Positions 11,872 through 25,878 of a DNA stretch of 64,000 nt are shown here, piece by piece. A program made the position numbers and the translations under genes. The notes under the pieces are model-generated. The model was given only the letters and a program-made list of their open reading frames with translations. It was not told the origin of the DNA and made no database searches. Position 1 is the stretch's first letter, and each line of letters starts with the position of its first letter. The stretch spans positions 239,289,198 through 239,353,197 of the forward strand of contig NC_133622.1 of the NCBI RefSeq assembly GCF_048593235.1. Direction: 5' to 3'. The stretch comes from Sminthopsis crassicaudata. Taxonomy: Eukaryota.

Positions 11872-13535
11872 CCTATCAATTCAGATGTTGGAGACCAAAA
11901 ACTAAATGTGCATTAAATCTTGTAGATAACTTGGGTAATTAATTTTAATAAAAGTGTAGTCATTAAGGCTAGATACTGAGAAAACATTTCTTAAAGGTCA
12001 AAAAGGAACAAATTCTGAAAGAAATAGAATAAGAAAATGGAGGGACTTTCAGGTAGGGTCAATTGTACAAGTAAAATCAGGAAGAATCAGGGTTTTATGA
12101 TCAGTATACTTTGACTGAAAAAAGCGTCATTATTAATTAGAACATTATAGAAATCAGGCTGTGCAATTGGGTATTTCCCACTTAAAAACAAGACTTGAAT
12201 TTTCTACCAATGGACTTGACGATTTTCTTTAGCTTTCTAGATGCTCTGTACCAAGAATGATCCAGATGATAACAAAGACTTTTCTTCCATCAAGTATAAG
12301 ATGAAGGTACCAGGAGTCAACTTTCTATTCAGAATCTTCTGCTGTTCCAAATTAGCATTTTCCCCAATCTCTACTCATTTTTATTTATATTTATCTCTGC
12401 TCTATTATTATAGAGACAAGGAATGAGCCGAATTCCTTGTTTGTCCTCATGAAATGAAAATAAGTCTTAAATCTATTACTGTAAATGTCACATTTGAAAA
12501 GCAAAAATAAAACTAGCAGGCAAAATGGGTTTTTGCAGGTAGTTAACATTTCACCTTCTACATTTCTGACAATACCCTGTCTAACACTACAGACAGAGGA
12601 AGGTTTTTGAATATTAAGGTTTTTCCTATAAGATTAGAAATCACAATTTTAGAGAAATAAGAATGGTAACTAATGGTTGGGAAGATTTTAAATAGATTAC
12701 CCTAAATGATAGCGGACATAATTTCTGGATTGTGTTTTACTTTTAAAAAATTATTCAACTATTTGTATTTTTAGATTAGATAATTAACAAGCATAGTTTT
12801 ATTAGGTAAGAGCATGTTGTGTTCTCCATTCTCTATAGCTTTGGATTTTGTATTTGGACATTGCTTCGATTAGCTTCATTTCATATTGATGACGTTGTAT
12901 TTTCTGGTATTATTCTCAGAACCATGACAATCCTATTACTCACCCCTAATTCTACTCCCTCTTCAGATGCAAACATAATATCTCCTCTAAATTCTAATTT
13001 TCTTATTTGGTGTCCTCTAAATTATGAGTACATCTTATTACATCCTTTTCTCATCTATCCTTTATGAATTTTTCACAAAACCAAATTTGATTTGGGTTTT
13101 TAGTGAATACTAATTTCAAAAGTGAATTGGTATTAATTAATTTACAAATTAATTTAATTTATAAATATATAATGTCATTGGTATGAATAGATTTCTTTGT
13201 GAATTCAACCTTTCCTAATCAGACTGAAATCTGACCTGCCACTTGGGGTATCAGTGAGTTGTTGAGACTACTGAGAAGTTAAGTATTTTTGCCAGAAGAT
13301 CAGGTTAATTTTATGGTAGAATCAAAGGTTAGTATTAGTCAGAGAATATAAGAACCTTTCTGAGTTCGATATTGATGTTTAATCAACTAGGGAAACTTGC
13401 CATTCATATCAGACACATATAATTTTTTAAATGTCCTCTGTCTTCATTTCTTGAGATATACCACTTGTCTATGCCTCTCTCATTGTACTATTCTTCTTTT
13501 CAGGATATATCTTAAAATTCCTTTCACCTTTAGCC

Positions 13536-14471
13536 ATGCTGATCTCTGGTAGAAATCACAGTGCTGCTCCAGTTATTCTCATTCTCTTGGGATTCTCTGA
13601 CTCTCCAGAATTTCAGATTCTTCTCTTTCTGATATTTTTGACCATCTATGTGATCACTGTGATAGGAAATGTTGGTATGATTGCAATCATTATTATGAAT
13701 CCCAAATTGCACACTCCAATGTATTTTTTCCTAAAACATCTGTCCTTTGTGGATTTCTGTTACTCTACTGCAGTTGTACCAAAGCTGCTGGAAAATTTAA
13801 TGGCCGAAGATAGGACAGTGTCTTTCTCTGCTTGTATCACACAATTCTTCTTTTTTGTTACCTGTGCTTTGACTGACAACTTCATGTTGGCAGTGATGGC
13901 ATATGACCGCTTTGTGGCCATTTGTAAACCCCTTTTGTACCTGGTCATCATGTCCCAGAAACGTTGTGTCCTGTTGATGGCTGCAGCATACATCTGGGGC
14001 ACACTCTTCACTCTGACCTTCACCTACTCTCTCCTTACATTATCTTTTTGTGGGACTAACATAATTGACAATTTTGTTTGTGAATATTCTGGCATACTCT
14101 ATGCCTCTTGCTCTGACAAACATTTCAGTGAGCTGATTCTTTTTATAGTAACTAATATTAATATGCTGAGCACACTCATGGCCATAATTTCTTCTTATAT
14201 TTTTATTTTTGTAACTGTCATGAAGATGCATTCAGTTAGGGCAAGGCACAAGGCTTTCTCTACTTGTGCTTCTCACTTGACAGCTGTTGGACTCTTTTAT
14301 GGAACAGTCATTTTCCTCTACTGTATACCCAATACTAAAAACTCCTGGTTTACTGCTAAATTGGGAACTGTTTTCTATGCAGTGCTCATCCCCATGCTGA
14401 ACCCTCTTATATACAGTCTGAGGAACAATGAAGTGAAGGAAGCACTCAAGAAGTTAGTGGTCAAAGTATGA
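13536..14471 (+). CDS. Olfactory receptor, class II, OR5D-like; intact, 311 aa
   Basis: NHS sequon, GN in TM1, [45 protein letters not shown]; good Kozak GCCATGC. Confidence 0.96.
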   Translation: MLISGRNHSAAPVILILLGFSDSPEFQILLFLIFLTIYVITVIGNVGMIAIIIMNPKLHTPMYFFLKHLSFVDFCYSTAVVPKLLENLMAEDRTVSFSACITQFFFFVTCALTDNFMLAVMAYDRFVAICKPLLYLVIMSQKRCVLLMAAAYIWGTLFTLTFTYSLLTLSFCGTNIIDNFVCEYSGILYASCSDKHFSELILFIVTNINMLSTLMAIISSYIFIFVTVMKMHSVRARHKAFSTCASHLTAVGLFYGTVIFLYCIPNTKNSWFTAKLGTVFYAVLIPMLNPLIYSLRNNEVKEALKKLVVKV

Positions 14472-17079
14472 TTTCTCAATAAATTACCACCATCATCTTC
14501 AACATCACTATGACCACCATCACTATAACAGCATCTAAATTAACAGCAAAAACTAAGCAGTATCAACCTTTGTTGTTTAAAGAATTAGCTTGAACTGATT
14601 TTCACTAAATAAAAAATAAATATATTCACTCGTTCTTATACTCATCTGGTGTGTAGCTTTATTTGCTCCTTTATTTTCAAGAGTGCTCCACTGTTTTTTA
14701 TCTACAAGAAATAAGAATGTGAGAACTTAAAAAAAAAGTAGCTGCCCAAATCCCCTTGACCTTGCATTGGTCTTCATCACATTACCTTAAATATTTTTCC
14801 CTTAATATAACAAGCAGAATGCAATCATTTTTTTTTTAAACCAGATGTTTTGTTTTATTCTGGTCTTCCCTAGTTGTTTTTAGATGTTCCTAATCTATCT
14901 CTAGGAGGTGAATTAACATGATGGACTTGGGAGAAATTGTGCTAAAAAATAAGATACTGACAGATGTGACTTGTTGATCCAAGAAGAGAGTGGGGATCAT
15001 CAAACACTCAGAAATATTATCAGGTTGATGTAATTCAATGCAATGGTAAACTACCTTATAAAAATGCATTATTTTCTGAAAATAATAGGTATATCCCTCT
15101 CTTCTTAAATTTAAATTTAAATTCATAATCTCTGCATTTAGTACTTCTAGTTTTTTTAATGATCAATTGAAGCACCAACTTCTAAAGCTGAGATATTTTC
15201 TAATGGCATGTATTCATTACCCTCAAACAGATTGTATATAGGTTTGTGCTTGCAAACATGTCCATATTTATATAAACATATATAAATATATATTTAATCA
15301 TTTACATGAATCTATACATATATTTAGAAATCTCATTGTTGTTGTAGTTAGTGATTAATAGAAGTGATTAATGTTTCTAATGATACCTGCAAGGCATTAA
15401 ACAAGAACAAATGACCTTCATGGTGATCATTGTATTGTGGCAAGTGTGGCAATTAATAAGTGCAACAGTCATAGTTTCTGGGTAATTTAATCATATAATT
15501 AATAAGACTAGCAGATAATTAATAAAGGATGATTATTTGATTGTCTCTCAGGCTAAAGATCCCTCATGGTGGTGGAGTCACAGTTTATATTCCCTCAAAG
15601 AGGAAATGTTCCTAATTTCTATCATTTAATATAATGAGAGGAGGACTATTTTTGGGCATATGATTTAGATCTCTCAAATATTGGTCAAAGACATATCAGG
15701 ATCCATATTGCCTGTCTTGATAATTAGTAGAGTCAATATTTTCCTCTAATATGTCTGAGCAAAAGCAATGAGCAGAAATACTCATTAATTTAAAATTTTG
15801 ATTTCTTTTGCTTTCTCATTATATCCTAACAAATTAATTTCTAGGAAAGAGTTCCCATATAGGTTGATTTATGGTTAAGAAAATTAAAAAGGAAAAAAAT
15901 CCTTGGTCTGAATTAATTCAATATCCACTCTGTAACTATCAGATAGAAATATTCCTTTCTCACAAAAGGTAGATTTCCCAAACATTAAGTGTTGGGGAAA
16001 ATTTATCTTGAGTTTAAGAGTTGATTCACTTCCAAATCTCAATTTAATGCATATAACACCAATATATTCTGACTGAGAACAAAAACATATGATGATAGAA
16101 TGCTACTTAGAATTCAATATTGCTTTTAAATGAATTTGAAATCTCTTAGTCCAAATATTTCTATCTATGTGAAAAATAAAGGTGTATATGTGTGAAACAA
16201 TATCTATCTTATTTCAAGTTAAATGTTTGCATAATTGTTATGATAAGTTAAATTTGATCTTTACTTTTTTGAAGCCAACAAAGATTAAAATGACAATGTA
16301 TAGTGTGAATTTGAATGTCCAATGCTTAAAAAAAAATCTTTCTTCTTCTTCTCTTTCTCCAAAAAATAACAAAACTCCTTTCCACCCATGTACAACATTT
16401 TAGAGTATGAGAACATTGCCTTTATTTCTGATTTATTGATCAAGGTGAAAAGTAAAGTGGATGAGTGCCATATGCAGCATTCTTCTCCCCCCTCTTTTTT
16501 CCAACATATTTTATTTTGGCATATTCCCCTTGAACTTGCATCATACTTATCTCTTTTACATTAGAATTATCTACATATTATGTAGTATTCCAGATTCTAA
16601 TTTTTGGGGTAAAAATCCTTTTTTTTTTAAAGGAACCTCTTAAACTGTTCTTCTAGATTAAGGAGTTACTATTGTTCAATATTTTCAACTGTGTCTGATT
16701 CCCATTTGGATCCCATTTGGGCTTTTCTTCTTTAGACTATGTCAGATATAAAGAAAATGATTCAAACATTTTTAATGATTTGCCCTGGATCACACATTTG
16801 AATTAAAATCTTTTTACTCCATACCTCCACTCTATCCTCTGAGACATCTAGATCCTAATAAACAATAATAAATTATGGCAATGATAATAGAATATCAATG
16901 ATATGGAAGAAAACATATATAATCAGTTTTTATATCTTTGCTCCAGACAATTACATGACAAATAGATATGGGTAATAGAAGGGCAATTTCATTTAAACAA
17001 TGAATATTGACTGACATGGTAAATCTAGAGTAATAAGACAAAATGACAGCCATGCTATCAGCAGAAAAGATTTGGAAAA

Positions 17080-17120
17080 CACACACACACACACAAACAC
17101 ACACACAAACACACACACAC
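17080..17120 (+). repeat. Interrupted (CA)n microsatellite
   Basis: Read directly from the sequence. Confidence 0.9.
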
Positions 17121-17859
17121 AAATGCACAGATTGAAATGATAAAGGTGGTTTATTTTTTTTTTTAGTATAGAAAGTACATGGAGCTTTTACCACTTTGTA
17201 TAATATTCACAGAATAAAATATTTCCTCATCTTTTCACATTGCAAATTGCATCTGGAATTCAGGTCTTTGGACACATGCTTTAATACTGCACAGGGATGA
17301 GAAATTTCTTACAGACATCATACATTTTGGAATATATATTTAAGAAAAAAACTTAGGAAAGTTTCAAATTTGTTGTAAATTAACTCTTGTGGAGGTCCTC
17401 CTTGGTGAGTGATACTAAGAAAGGGGCATATTTGCATTTTAATTGTCTGATCGGAAATTTTCAATGCCTTTCCTGGCTATGTGATTTAATACAGAAATTT
17501 ACTTTTGGTTTTAATACAATTACAAAACATTTGATCAGTTCCATCAATTCCAAGCTTGCCATGTGCAGATTTCAATTTTGTTACTACAAAAGGGTTTATA
17601 AATTATAAAATGTATTAAAACAAGAGTTACTCTTTTTACTACTATCTTTGAAAGTAAGCACATTAAATATAATTATCTGCTTCATTTTTCTATAACTAAA
17701 GTATCTAAATGTGTTTAACATATTCTTCTTAATTAATGGACATCTGTTTAGTTTGAACTTTTTTTATTTTTTTGTACTATTTACTATTTAAATTCTTATA
17801 TTTTTATTTTAATGTGAGCATTGGGTTCAGGTAGATTCTTGCTTTAATGAGAAAGAGAT

Positions 17860-18700
17860 TGGTACACTGATACATTGTTGGTGGAACAATTCTGGAGAGC
17901 AGTTTGGAATTATTTTCAAAAAGTTATCAAACTGTGTATACCCTTTGTTCCAACAGTGTTACTACTGGGCTTATATGCCAAAGAGATCTAAAAGGAGGGA
18001 AAGGGACCCACATGTGCAAAAATATTTGTGGCAGCCCTTTTTGTAATGGCAAGAAACTGGAAATTGAATGGATAACCATCAGATGGAGAAAGGCTGAATA
18101 AGTTATGGTATATGAATGTTATGGAATATTATTGTTCTCTAAGAAACGATCAGCAGGATGATTTCAGAGAGTCCTGGACTTCCATGAACTGATGCTGAGT
18201 GAAGTGAGCAGAACAAGATCATTATACACAGCAACAAGACTATATGATGATCAATTTTGATGTACATGGCTCTCCTCAAAAATGAGATGATTCAAATCAA
18301 TTCCAATTGTTCAGTGCCATCTATTCCCAGAGAGAGGACAATGGGAATTGAGTGTGGACCACAGCATAGCATTCCCACTTTTTCTGTGATTGTTTATTTG
18401 CATTTTGTTTTGCAAAGGAAATGATGCAAAGGAAAAGAAAATTTTCTTCTTGATCCAATTTTTCTTGTACAGCAGCATAACTATATAAAATATATACATA
18501 TATTGGATATAACATATATTTTAACATATGTAACATGTATCAGACTACTTACCATTGGGGGGAGAGGGTGAGGGGAAGGAGGAATAATTTGGAACAGAAG
18601 GTTTTGCAAGGGTCAATATTGAGAAATCATCTATGCATATGTTTTGTAAATAAAAAGCTTTAATTAAAAAATAAAAATAATATAATTGAATAAAAATAAA
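17860..18700 (+). mobile_element. L1 3' fragment (ORF2 C-terminus, 3' UTR, A-rich tail)
   Basis: Similar to 4260-4700 of the intact-like L1; AATAAA and A-rich end at ~18650-18700. Confidence 0.9.
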
Positions 18701-19312
18701 ACATAAAAGTATAAGAAAAATGTTGCATGATACCTGGAAATCTATTCACTATGATTGTATTGTATATGTACATGATTATTTTTTGTATTCTCCATTATAA
18801 TCTAAGATCTTTTGGGTCAATATTAAGTAAAGTGCTTGGATCATTCCAAATTCTTATAAAATGTTTATTAGCTTGTGGATTGATTAAAAATGTCTCCCAC
18901 TTCCCAAACTTGATTATTAAATCGACTAGGTGGCTTGAAAGGGGCAGGAGATGTTTTCTAATCTTAACAGTAGTTAGCCACTAGGGTCATTAAAAAAAAT
19001 AAACATCTAAAAATGAAATACCCAAATCATTTCATGTAGAGAACATGTCTAGTAGTGATAATAAAATTATCACCTCAGGAATGCAAGTGCCCAATGGTCA
19101 TAGGAGCAGCATCTACTGAATATAGAGTTGAGATTCTAGAGTTTGCTGAGATTAGATCACCAATCTAGAGTTATTCTATGTATCTTCTGGCTAAATAGGA
19201 GATAGAATAAGGAAGAAACCCTTCATCCTGAAGACAACTTTTTACTCAACTTTAATTGCCCTAGGTAAGGTGAAGTCAAGAAATATTTATTAAGTTCTCT
19301 CAATAAGCATTT

Positions 19313-20014
19313 TTTTTTTAATTTTTATTTCTTTCCACTTTATTTTTTTTTGTTTATTTAATTTTTATTTTATTTTATAATTATAAATATTTTTGACAGT
19401 ACATATGCATGGGTAATTTTTTACAACATTATCCCTTGCACTTGCTTCTATTCAGATTTTTTCCCTTCCTCCCCCAACCCCCTCCCCCAGATGGCAGGCA
19501 GTCTTATACATGTTAAATATATTACAGTCTATTCTAGATACAATATATGTGTGTAGAACCGAATTTCTTGTTGCACAGGAAGAATTGGATTCAGAAGGTA
19601 AAAATAACAGTTTACACTCATTTCCCAGTGTTCCTTTTCTAGATGTAGCTGATTCTGTCCATCATTAATCAATTGGAATTGGATTAGCTCTTCTCTATGT
19701 TGAAGATATCCACTTCCATCAGAATACATCCTCATACAGTATCATTGTTGAAGTGTATAATGATCTTCTGGTTCTGCTCGTTTCACTTAGCATCGGTTGA
19801 TGTAAGTCTCTCCAAGCCTCTCTGTATTTCTCCTGTTGGTCATTTCTTACAGAACAATAATATTCCATAACGTTCATATACCATAATTTACCCAACCATT
19901 CTCCAATTGATGGACATCCATTCATCTTCCAGCTTCTAGCCACTATGAAAAGAGCTGCCACAAACATTTTGGGACATACAGGTCCCTTTCCCTTCTTTAG
20001 TATTTCCTTGGGAT
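19313..20014 (-). mobile_element. 5'-truncated young L1 with 10-bp TSD
   Basis: ORF2 C-terminus YPKEILKKGKGP...LYEDVF is open. ATAAGCATTT at 19303-19312 and 20015-20024; poly(T) start. Confidence 0.95.
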
Positions 20015-20079
20015 ATAAGCATTTATTAATGTAATGTTGGCCAAGTTTTTTCCCTAAGTCCTCTGAGGGAAAGTCATTC

Positions 20080-20640
20080 AATTATGTAATAACTTCCATC
20101 TAATTCTTCACTTTAAAATATTAAGGAAAAAACTATGTTAATATTTGTGAAATAATTCTACCTGAAAATCAATTCAATTTTTAGGAGATTTCATTTTTGG
20201 CAAGTGAAACAACAGAGACATTCTTTTTTTCTTAAAATTACTTCTTTTGAGACCATATATATAAGGTCACTAGAGAGTCTATAGGGCCTAGGTCCCAAAG
20301 GATTTGGAGGCAAATAAAATTTCTTCATCAAAGTACACACACTCAGTAAAATGACCACACACTCAGTAAAATGATGTGTCTTTGAAATTGAGCTTTGTCA
20401 TAAAATAGAGATAACCAGTCTGTATACAAATTGTAATTTTCTATTAATTTCTATTAATAAAGTATAGCAGTGGATTAATTTTGAGCATGATCAATAGAAA
20501 GGGTTTAGAGAGTGATCTAATTTAGTTCCTGTGTCACAAGACACTCTTTGTGTACTGTGAGCCTGGGAAATGAAATATGCAGGAGAATCAATGTATTTGG
20601 TGAGTATATGCCTATATTTGCTAATTTTTGACCATGCACT
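20080..20640 (+). promoter_or_regulatory. Candidate OR promoter and non-coding first exon (module copy B), 5.3 kb upstream of the OR at 25879
   Basis: O/E-like TCCCAAAGGA at 20293-20302 and TG|GTGAGT donor at 20600-20605. Conserved with 28015-28580 and partly with 5495-5560. Confidence 0.45.
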
Positions 20641-21739
20641 TTCCCTCGTCTATTGAATGAAAACTGGAATATTTATTTCAAAAGTTCCTTAAAGATAAAG
20701 CAGAAAGGAACTAAAAAAAAAGTGGGATTGGATGGGATTATCTCATCACTTTCATCATTATTATCATAGTGAGCACTTTTTTAGTTGTGTAGGCAACTTA
20801 TTATTAAGCAGGTTCAGCCAGTATAATCAAAGTGATTTTGTGGTATCCTCCACAAAATCTTTTCAGTACATGTATTAAAATAATACAGATATGTATAAAG
20901 ACCAATATTAATGCCATGTAGCTATCATTAAAGGTCCACTGGTAGTTACACTCAAGGTTGCAGAAAACAAGAGACTGAGGAATGTATGGGGAAGACAGGA
21001 CTCTTAGGCAAAGCTTAACTTAAGCAAATTATATATGAAAGACTAGACATAAGTCAATAAGGATCAAGAGGGTTAATTTAATGGTAGATTAAGAATCTAG
21101 ATACAATCCAGGTTTGCATTCTGCCTGTAAAAAATTCTAGCTGAGTGAAAATGGGGGGAAATGTTAATGTCTGTAAACCAAAATAATTATCTAAAACTAG
21201 CCATTTTAAGATGTCTAAGCTGTATCAGTGGAGACTGTTTTCATTTCTGAAGCTCCTTATAACATTGGAAGCAAAGATACAGACGGTAATCACACTCTTT
21301 GACTCTAAATTATTATGGAGATTTTCTCGATAAACTGAAAATTATTTTTAGAATTATTTTCTAAAGTGTTCAGAAAAAAAGCAATTGTAACAAAAACAAA
21401 TCTGCAGTCAACTTAAAACTTTGACAATAAAAATAGTTTATTTGCCGTAAATTAATATGTTTGACAACTATAATGCTACCATAGTTGACAAGTATGAAAT
21501 GTAAAATAAAACCTGAAAAGAGACCTGTGTGTAAAGTGGACAAGCATGACAGTCTTCAGTAGAGTAGCATAGAGCCTCAAGTAGTGGGATGGAAACTAAG
21601 AAGAAAAAGAAAATAACTTTCATGTTAGGCAGATCTTCTGAATAGTTAAGATGTAGCAAATACATTTCCTGACATTAATGGCTCAAAATTCCTTCTAGTA
21701 AAGTGGATACCTGCACACAAAGATAGATATTAATATTAA

Positions 21740-22090
21740 AACACACGAATGCCTTTTGTATCTTACAAAATTTTCCTATAGATTTGAGAGGAGAGAATGA
21801 GCAGAGAATGGTAAAGGAATGCTTTGAAAATTGAGAAATATGCTTGAAAGTTAAGCAAAAATTTAAATTTTCTACAATTAGAAAAGTTTAAAGGGGTCAC
21901 TGAGGCAAGGAGTGTGGTGAGAACAAAGATGTGGAAGCAAAAATATATATTGTGTTGATGGTATAGAGAATGTATACTTTGAATGGGAACTACTGCTAGC
22001 CATACAAATATAATTGGGATGGTAAATCCTAGTACATGACTATAAAGTTAAGGAAAGACTTGAATGTCAGGATAAGAATTCGAGACTGGT
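21740..22090 (-). mobile_element. Degraded L2-like remnant
   Basis: Purine-rich sequence including GGAAAGACTTGAATGTCAGGATAAG, typical of L2 antisense remnants. Confidence 0.4.
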
Positions 22091-22722
22091 TTTGAATAAA
22101 ATCTGAAACAGAAGTATCTCCATTTTTAAAGATGAGAGAGAGGGTAGTGTAAGAGAGGTGGAACTGGAACCATATCAGGATCGCAGCTCTGCTGTTTGAT
22201 GCCTATGTAATCCTGAACAAATATCCGATATGGACAAGATTGAAAAAGTAATAAAAAATCTAGAAAGATAAACAGGTTTGTGGAAAGATTTTTTTTAATT
22301 TACTTTTTGTTTCTTGTTGTGCTACTTACTGTTTTATTTTTGATTGTTAACTTTTTAATTATCCTGCAGATGGTTGAGTTTATCCATATGCAAACAATGT
22401 GCAATACACACATGCATCTTTGTGTATGTTTATGTGTGAATATATGTACATATAAAATACACACATATGTATAATTATATATACAATCCCATAAACACAC
22501 ACAAAGGTAAACACTGGTCATGCACACATGATACAAATCCAAAAGAAAAAAAATTAGTCAACTGTATGAAGAGTGAAAGAACTAGAAGGGAGCTCTTTAT
22601 TCTAGCTCCATCTTTGAAGAATTTAGTATAGAGGGTCTGGATTAAAAGACATTGAGCAAGTCATTTGACTACCTTTTGTGCCACAGGAATGAAAATGTGA
22701 GGAAAAAAAATTGAATGATCAA

Positions 22723-22937
22723 AGAGCAATTGGGTGGTTCAGTGGATAGAACATGGCTCTGGAGTCAGTGAGTTCATATCTGGAATCAGACATTCATAGT
22801 TGGGTGACAAAGACAAATAATAATCCTCTTTGCCTCGATTTCCTCAATTGTAAAATGAGTTGGGAAAGGAAATGGCAAATAAGGAAAACCCCAAATAGAT
22901 TCAGAAACAATGGGACATGATTGAAAAAGAAACAAAA
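22723..22937 (+). mobile_element. Mar1-like CORE-SINE
   Basis: tRNA-like head (GGTGGTTCAGTGGATAGA, GAGTTCA), CORE (TTTCCTCAATTGTAAAATGAG), RTE-type tail (GAAAGGAAATGGCAAA). Confidence 0.75.
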
Positions 22938-24194
22938 GTCTCAGGTAACTCTGTAATTGCATGTTATAAATAGTTCTCACCAGCATTTCTTTACATATAT
23001 ACTATGTAATAACTGATTGTATAGATTATATAGATGAGAATTATATAGATTATATAGAATATATAGATGAGAATTTGGGAGAGACATTTAAAATGGAATA
23101 ATGACTATAAGTTCCAGATGTCCTTCATAGAAGCTCAGGAATCATATAAATATTTTGGGGGAAAATGAAAGCTCATTAGAATTTAAGAACTTAAGAAATT
23201 TCAACTATTGGCCACAGCATTACAACAGAAACATAGTTAAGGGGAAAATATCCCAGGAGAGAAACTTTTGTTCACGAGAGATAAGAATAATTGAAAGGAA
23301 AATCCTGGAATTTGTACATTTAAAGAAGGAATTTGCGGGTTATAGAAGCCTTGGAAGCTACATGTAGAAAAATGTTAAAGTGGTAAAGACTGGAGTGAAA
23401 CTTAATAGTATTAATGTTGAATGAAATGTGATATTGGAATAATATACACAGCTACACTTACTAGGTAGCACATTCTCTTACAAAAGTCCATTGATTAAAG
23501 ACAGCTAGGGAAGTTGGAGAATAATCTTCTGTTAGGCTTCCATAAAAAGAGAAGTCCAAATTTAAATGTTGACTCCTGGCTCATCTTCATGACCCATTTC
23601 ATAATCCTCATGTCATGTATCTTACTTCTCATTAAATTAAACCTCCACCATCTTTGGTTCATTTCTTTATGTCTCTGTCCTCTGTCTCTGTGTCTCTCTT
23701 GTGTCTTTGTCTTTTTCCTGTCTTTGTGTTTCTCTCAGTGTCTCGTCTCTATAGCTAGCAAGCTAGTCATTTATTTGTTTTTATTTTCTGTTTTGTCTTT
23801 TTAAATTGTTTTCTAGTCAAAAGATAATCACTACATTGTGCTATTTTTTAAAGAGATATACTTGATCACTTTCTATAAAGAAAGATAAGTTACTAGATCT
23901 CTAAAAAACCCCTCTTTTAGGCTTTCTCTAATTTTTCCTAGTAACTTCATGTTGACTTGTTTTCCACCAACTATATAGAAACCATTTGAGATGGTTGAAT
24001 CTAGGGTTCAACAAATAGGGAACTACCTTGTCCATCTAGAGACAATTTTCATAACATTTACAAAAAATAAAAAGGACCCTAAGATTTAAGGCACAAATTT
24101 GGAAATGATGTTAAAACATTGAATATATACTGTGATATCTGGGATTCAAATTTAAATATTGTCTAGTGTAACCTCATATTTTATAGAGCAATAA

Positions 24195-24415
24195 CTAGAA
24201 ATCTGCCTCTGAAGTCAGGAGAACCTGAAGTCAAATCCAAACTCAAGATGCTAGCTGTGAACATACATCTGGGTAAGTCTTTTAACCTTTGTCAGCATCA
24301 GTTTCCCAATTTATAAAAATTAAATAATAAAGCAATTTACCTCTCCAGGATATTTTTGAAGATCATTTTCATAATAATCACAAAGTACTTAGCACCATAC
24401 CTGGCACAAAGAATA
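24195..24415 (+). mobile_element. MIR-like SINE
   Basis: GAAGTCAGGAGAACCTGAAGTCAAATCC head, CORE-like CAGTTTCCCAATTTATAAAA, tail CTTAGCACCATACCTGGCAC. Confidence 0.65.
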
Positions 24416-24544
24416 GTTAGTTTTTATTGTTAGTATAAATCTTAGGAAAATAGGTGAAATGATTGATTAATAATTACACAATCATTAAGGCTCATGAACT
24501 ATATTGAAATTGTTCTAACTTTAATAGGGCTCTATGTTCTGGGT

Positions 24545-24705
24545 ATTAACTTTAACACTTTTCAAACATCATCCCATTTGGTCTTCACAACGACTCAAGG
24601 GAGTGTTTTCTCCATTTGAAAAACGAGGAAATTGAGGTAAATAGTGGCTAAATAAATTTTTAGAGTCACATAAGTATCTGAGCTTAGATATGAACTTAGA
24701 GTACT
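24545..24705 (-). mobile_element. MIR-like SINE
   Basis: Antisense CORE (CCATTT...GAGGAAATTGAGG) and CTTCACAAC. Confidence 0.55.
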
Positions 24706-25066
24706 GTGTGGAATCAGTAAAACCTATCACTTAGCTACCTCTACAGCAAAATATTGCCATATGTAAATTTTTATGTTAAAGAACACATTATCTGAATTTT
24801 ATTGCCATACTCATTTACTGAAACATGGTGTATGTAAAAATTCCTCAACAGATTCTACCTGCTGAAATTTGTCCAAATAATAGCTCCAACTTGTGCTATC
24901 GTAGCATAACTATAAAAAAAATTTACAATATATATATATATATATATTCTCCTCCTTTACCATCTATTAATTCAAGACAAAATTAGGAAATGTCTTATAT
25001 TTTTAGTGCTCAAAACATGCCTGTACATGCACATATATAGTATATATGTATGAATGACACTGTGGG

Positions 25067-25070
<4 letters not shown>

Positions 25071-25138
<68 letters not shown>
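25071..25138 (+). repeat. (TA)34 microsatellite
   Basis: Read directly from the sequence. Confidence 0.97.
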
Positions 25139-25148
<10 letters not shown>

Positions 25149-25237
25149 CATGCCTATATACACACATATGTGCACATATACACATTCATATACACATTAC
25201 TGTGTGATGTATGTATATGACTTAGTGAGTTTATATA

Positions 25238-25376
25238 NNNNNNNNNNNNNNNNNNNNNNNNNNNNNNNNNNNNNNNNNNNNNNNNNNNNNNNNNNNNNNN
25301 NNNNNNNNNNNNNNNNNNNNNNNNNNNNNNNNNNNNNNNNNNNNNNNNNNNNNNNNNNNNNNNNNNNNNNNNNNNN
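25238..25376. other. Assembly gap (139 N)
   Basis: N run. Confidence 1.
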
Positions 25377-25878
25377 GATAGTGTGTTAGAGTTTTGACAT
25401 CTTTTTCTGTCTTCCAGAAAAGTGAATTATATCAAATGGGTAGAATGTCATACACAGGATGATGCAATGAACACCAAAACGGAAGGTGAGATTAAGGACC
25501 TTTGTCCTTTCACTTTAATGTATAAAGAAATGAGGTAGACTGCCTTATGAGTTAAGGGGCTCCTACATTTAAGAGTTCTAAATGAGCTTCACTTTTTAGA
25601 ATGGACATTTCATGAAGTAGAAATTTTACCAATTCAGTGAATTTTTACCCATCTATATAATCAAATTATTATCTTTCTCACTGTACCTTTGGCTCTCAGA
25701 ACAAATGTATAGGATTGAAAGTGATACTTACTTTGAAATTAATCCTATTACTATTTTCATAATTATAATAATAATTTGTAATTCACATTTTATATCCCAC
25801 ACCCTTAGCTACAGTTCCACAATTTTGCTCATGTTTTACTCCTCCTAACCATTTCTCTCCATTCTCTCCAACAGAAAC

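Noticed and set aside
9477-14231. Minus-strand ORFs overlapping OR genes (also 32005-32187, 51573-51809, 61245-61496)
   Set aside because: Antisense shadows of OR codon usage with no independent evidence of coding.
15400-15750. TAAT-rich region with TCCCTCAAAG as an OR enhancer
   Set aside because: Such motifs are expected by chance in AT-rich DNA, and there is no paralogous copy in the window to support conservation.
24972-25389. YIYI-repeat and X-containing ORFs (also 50026-51025)
   Set aside because: Artefacts of (TA)n tracts and N gaps.
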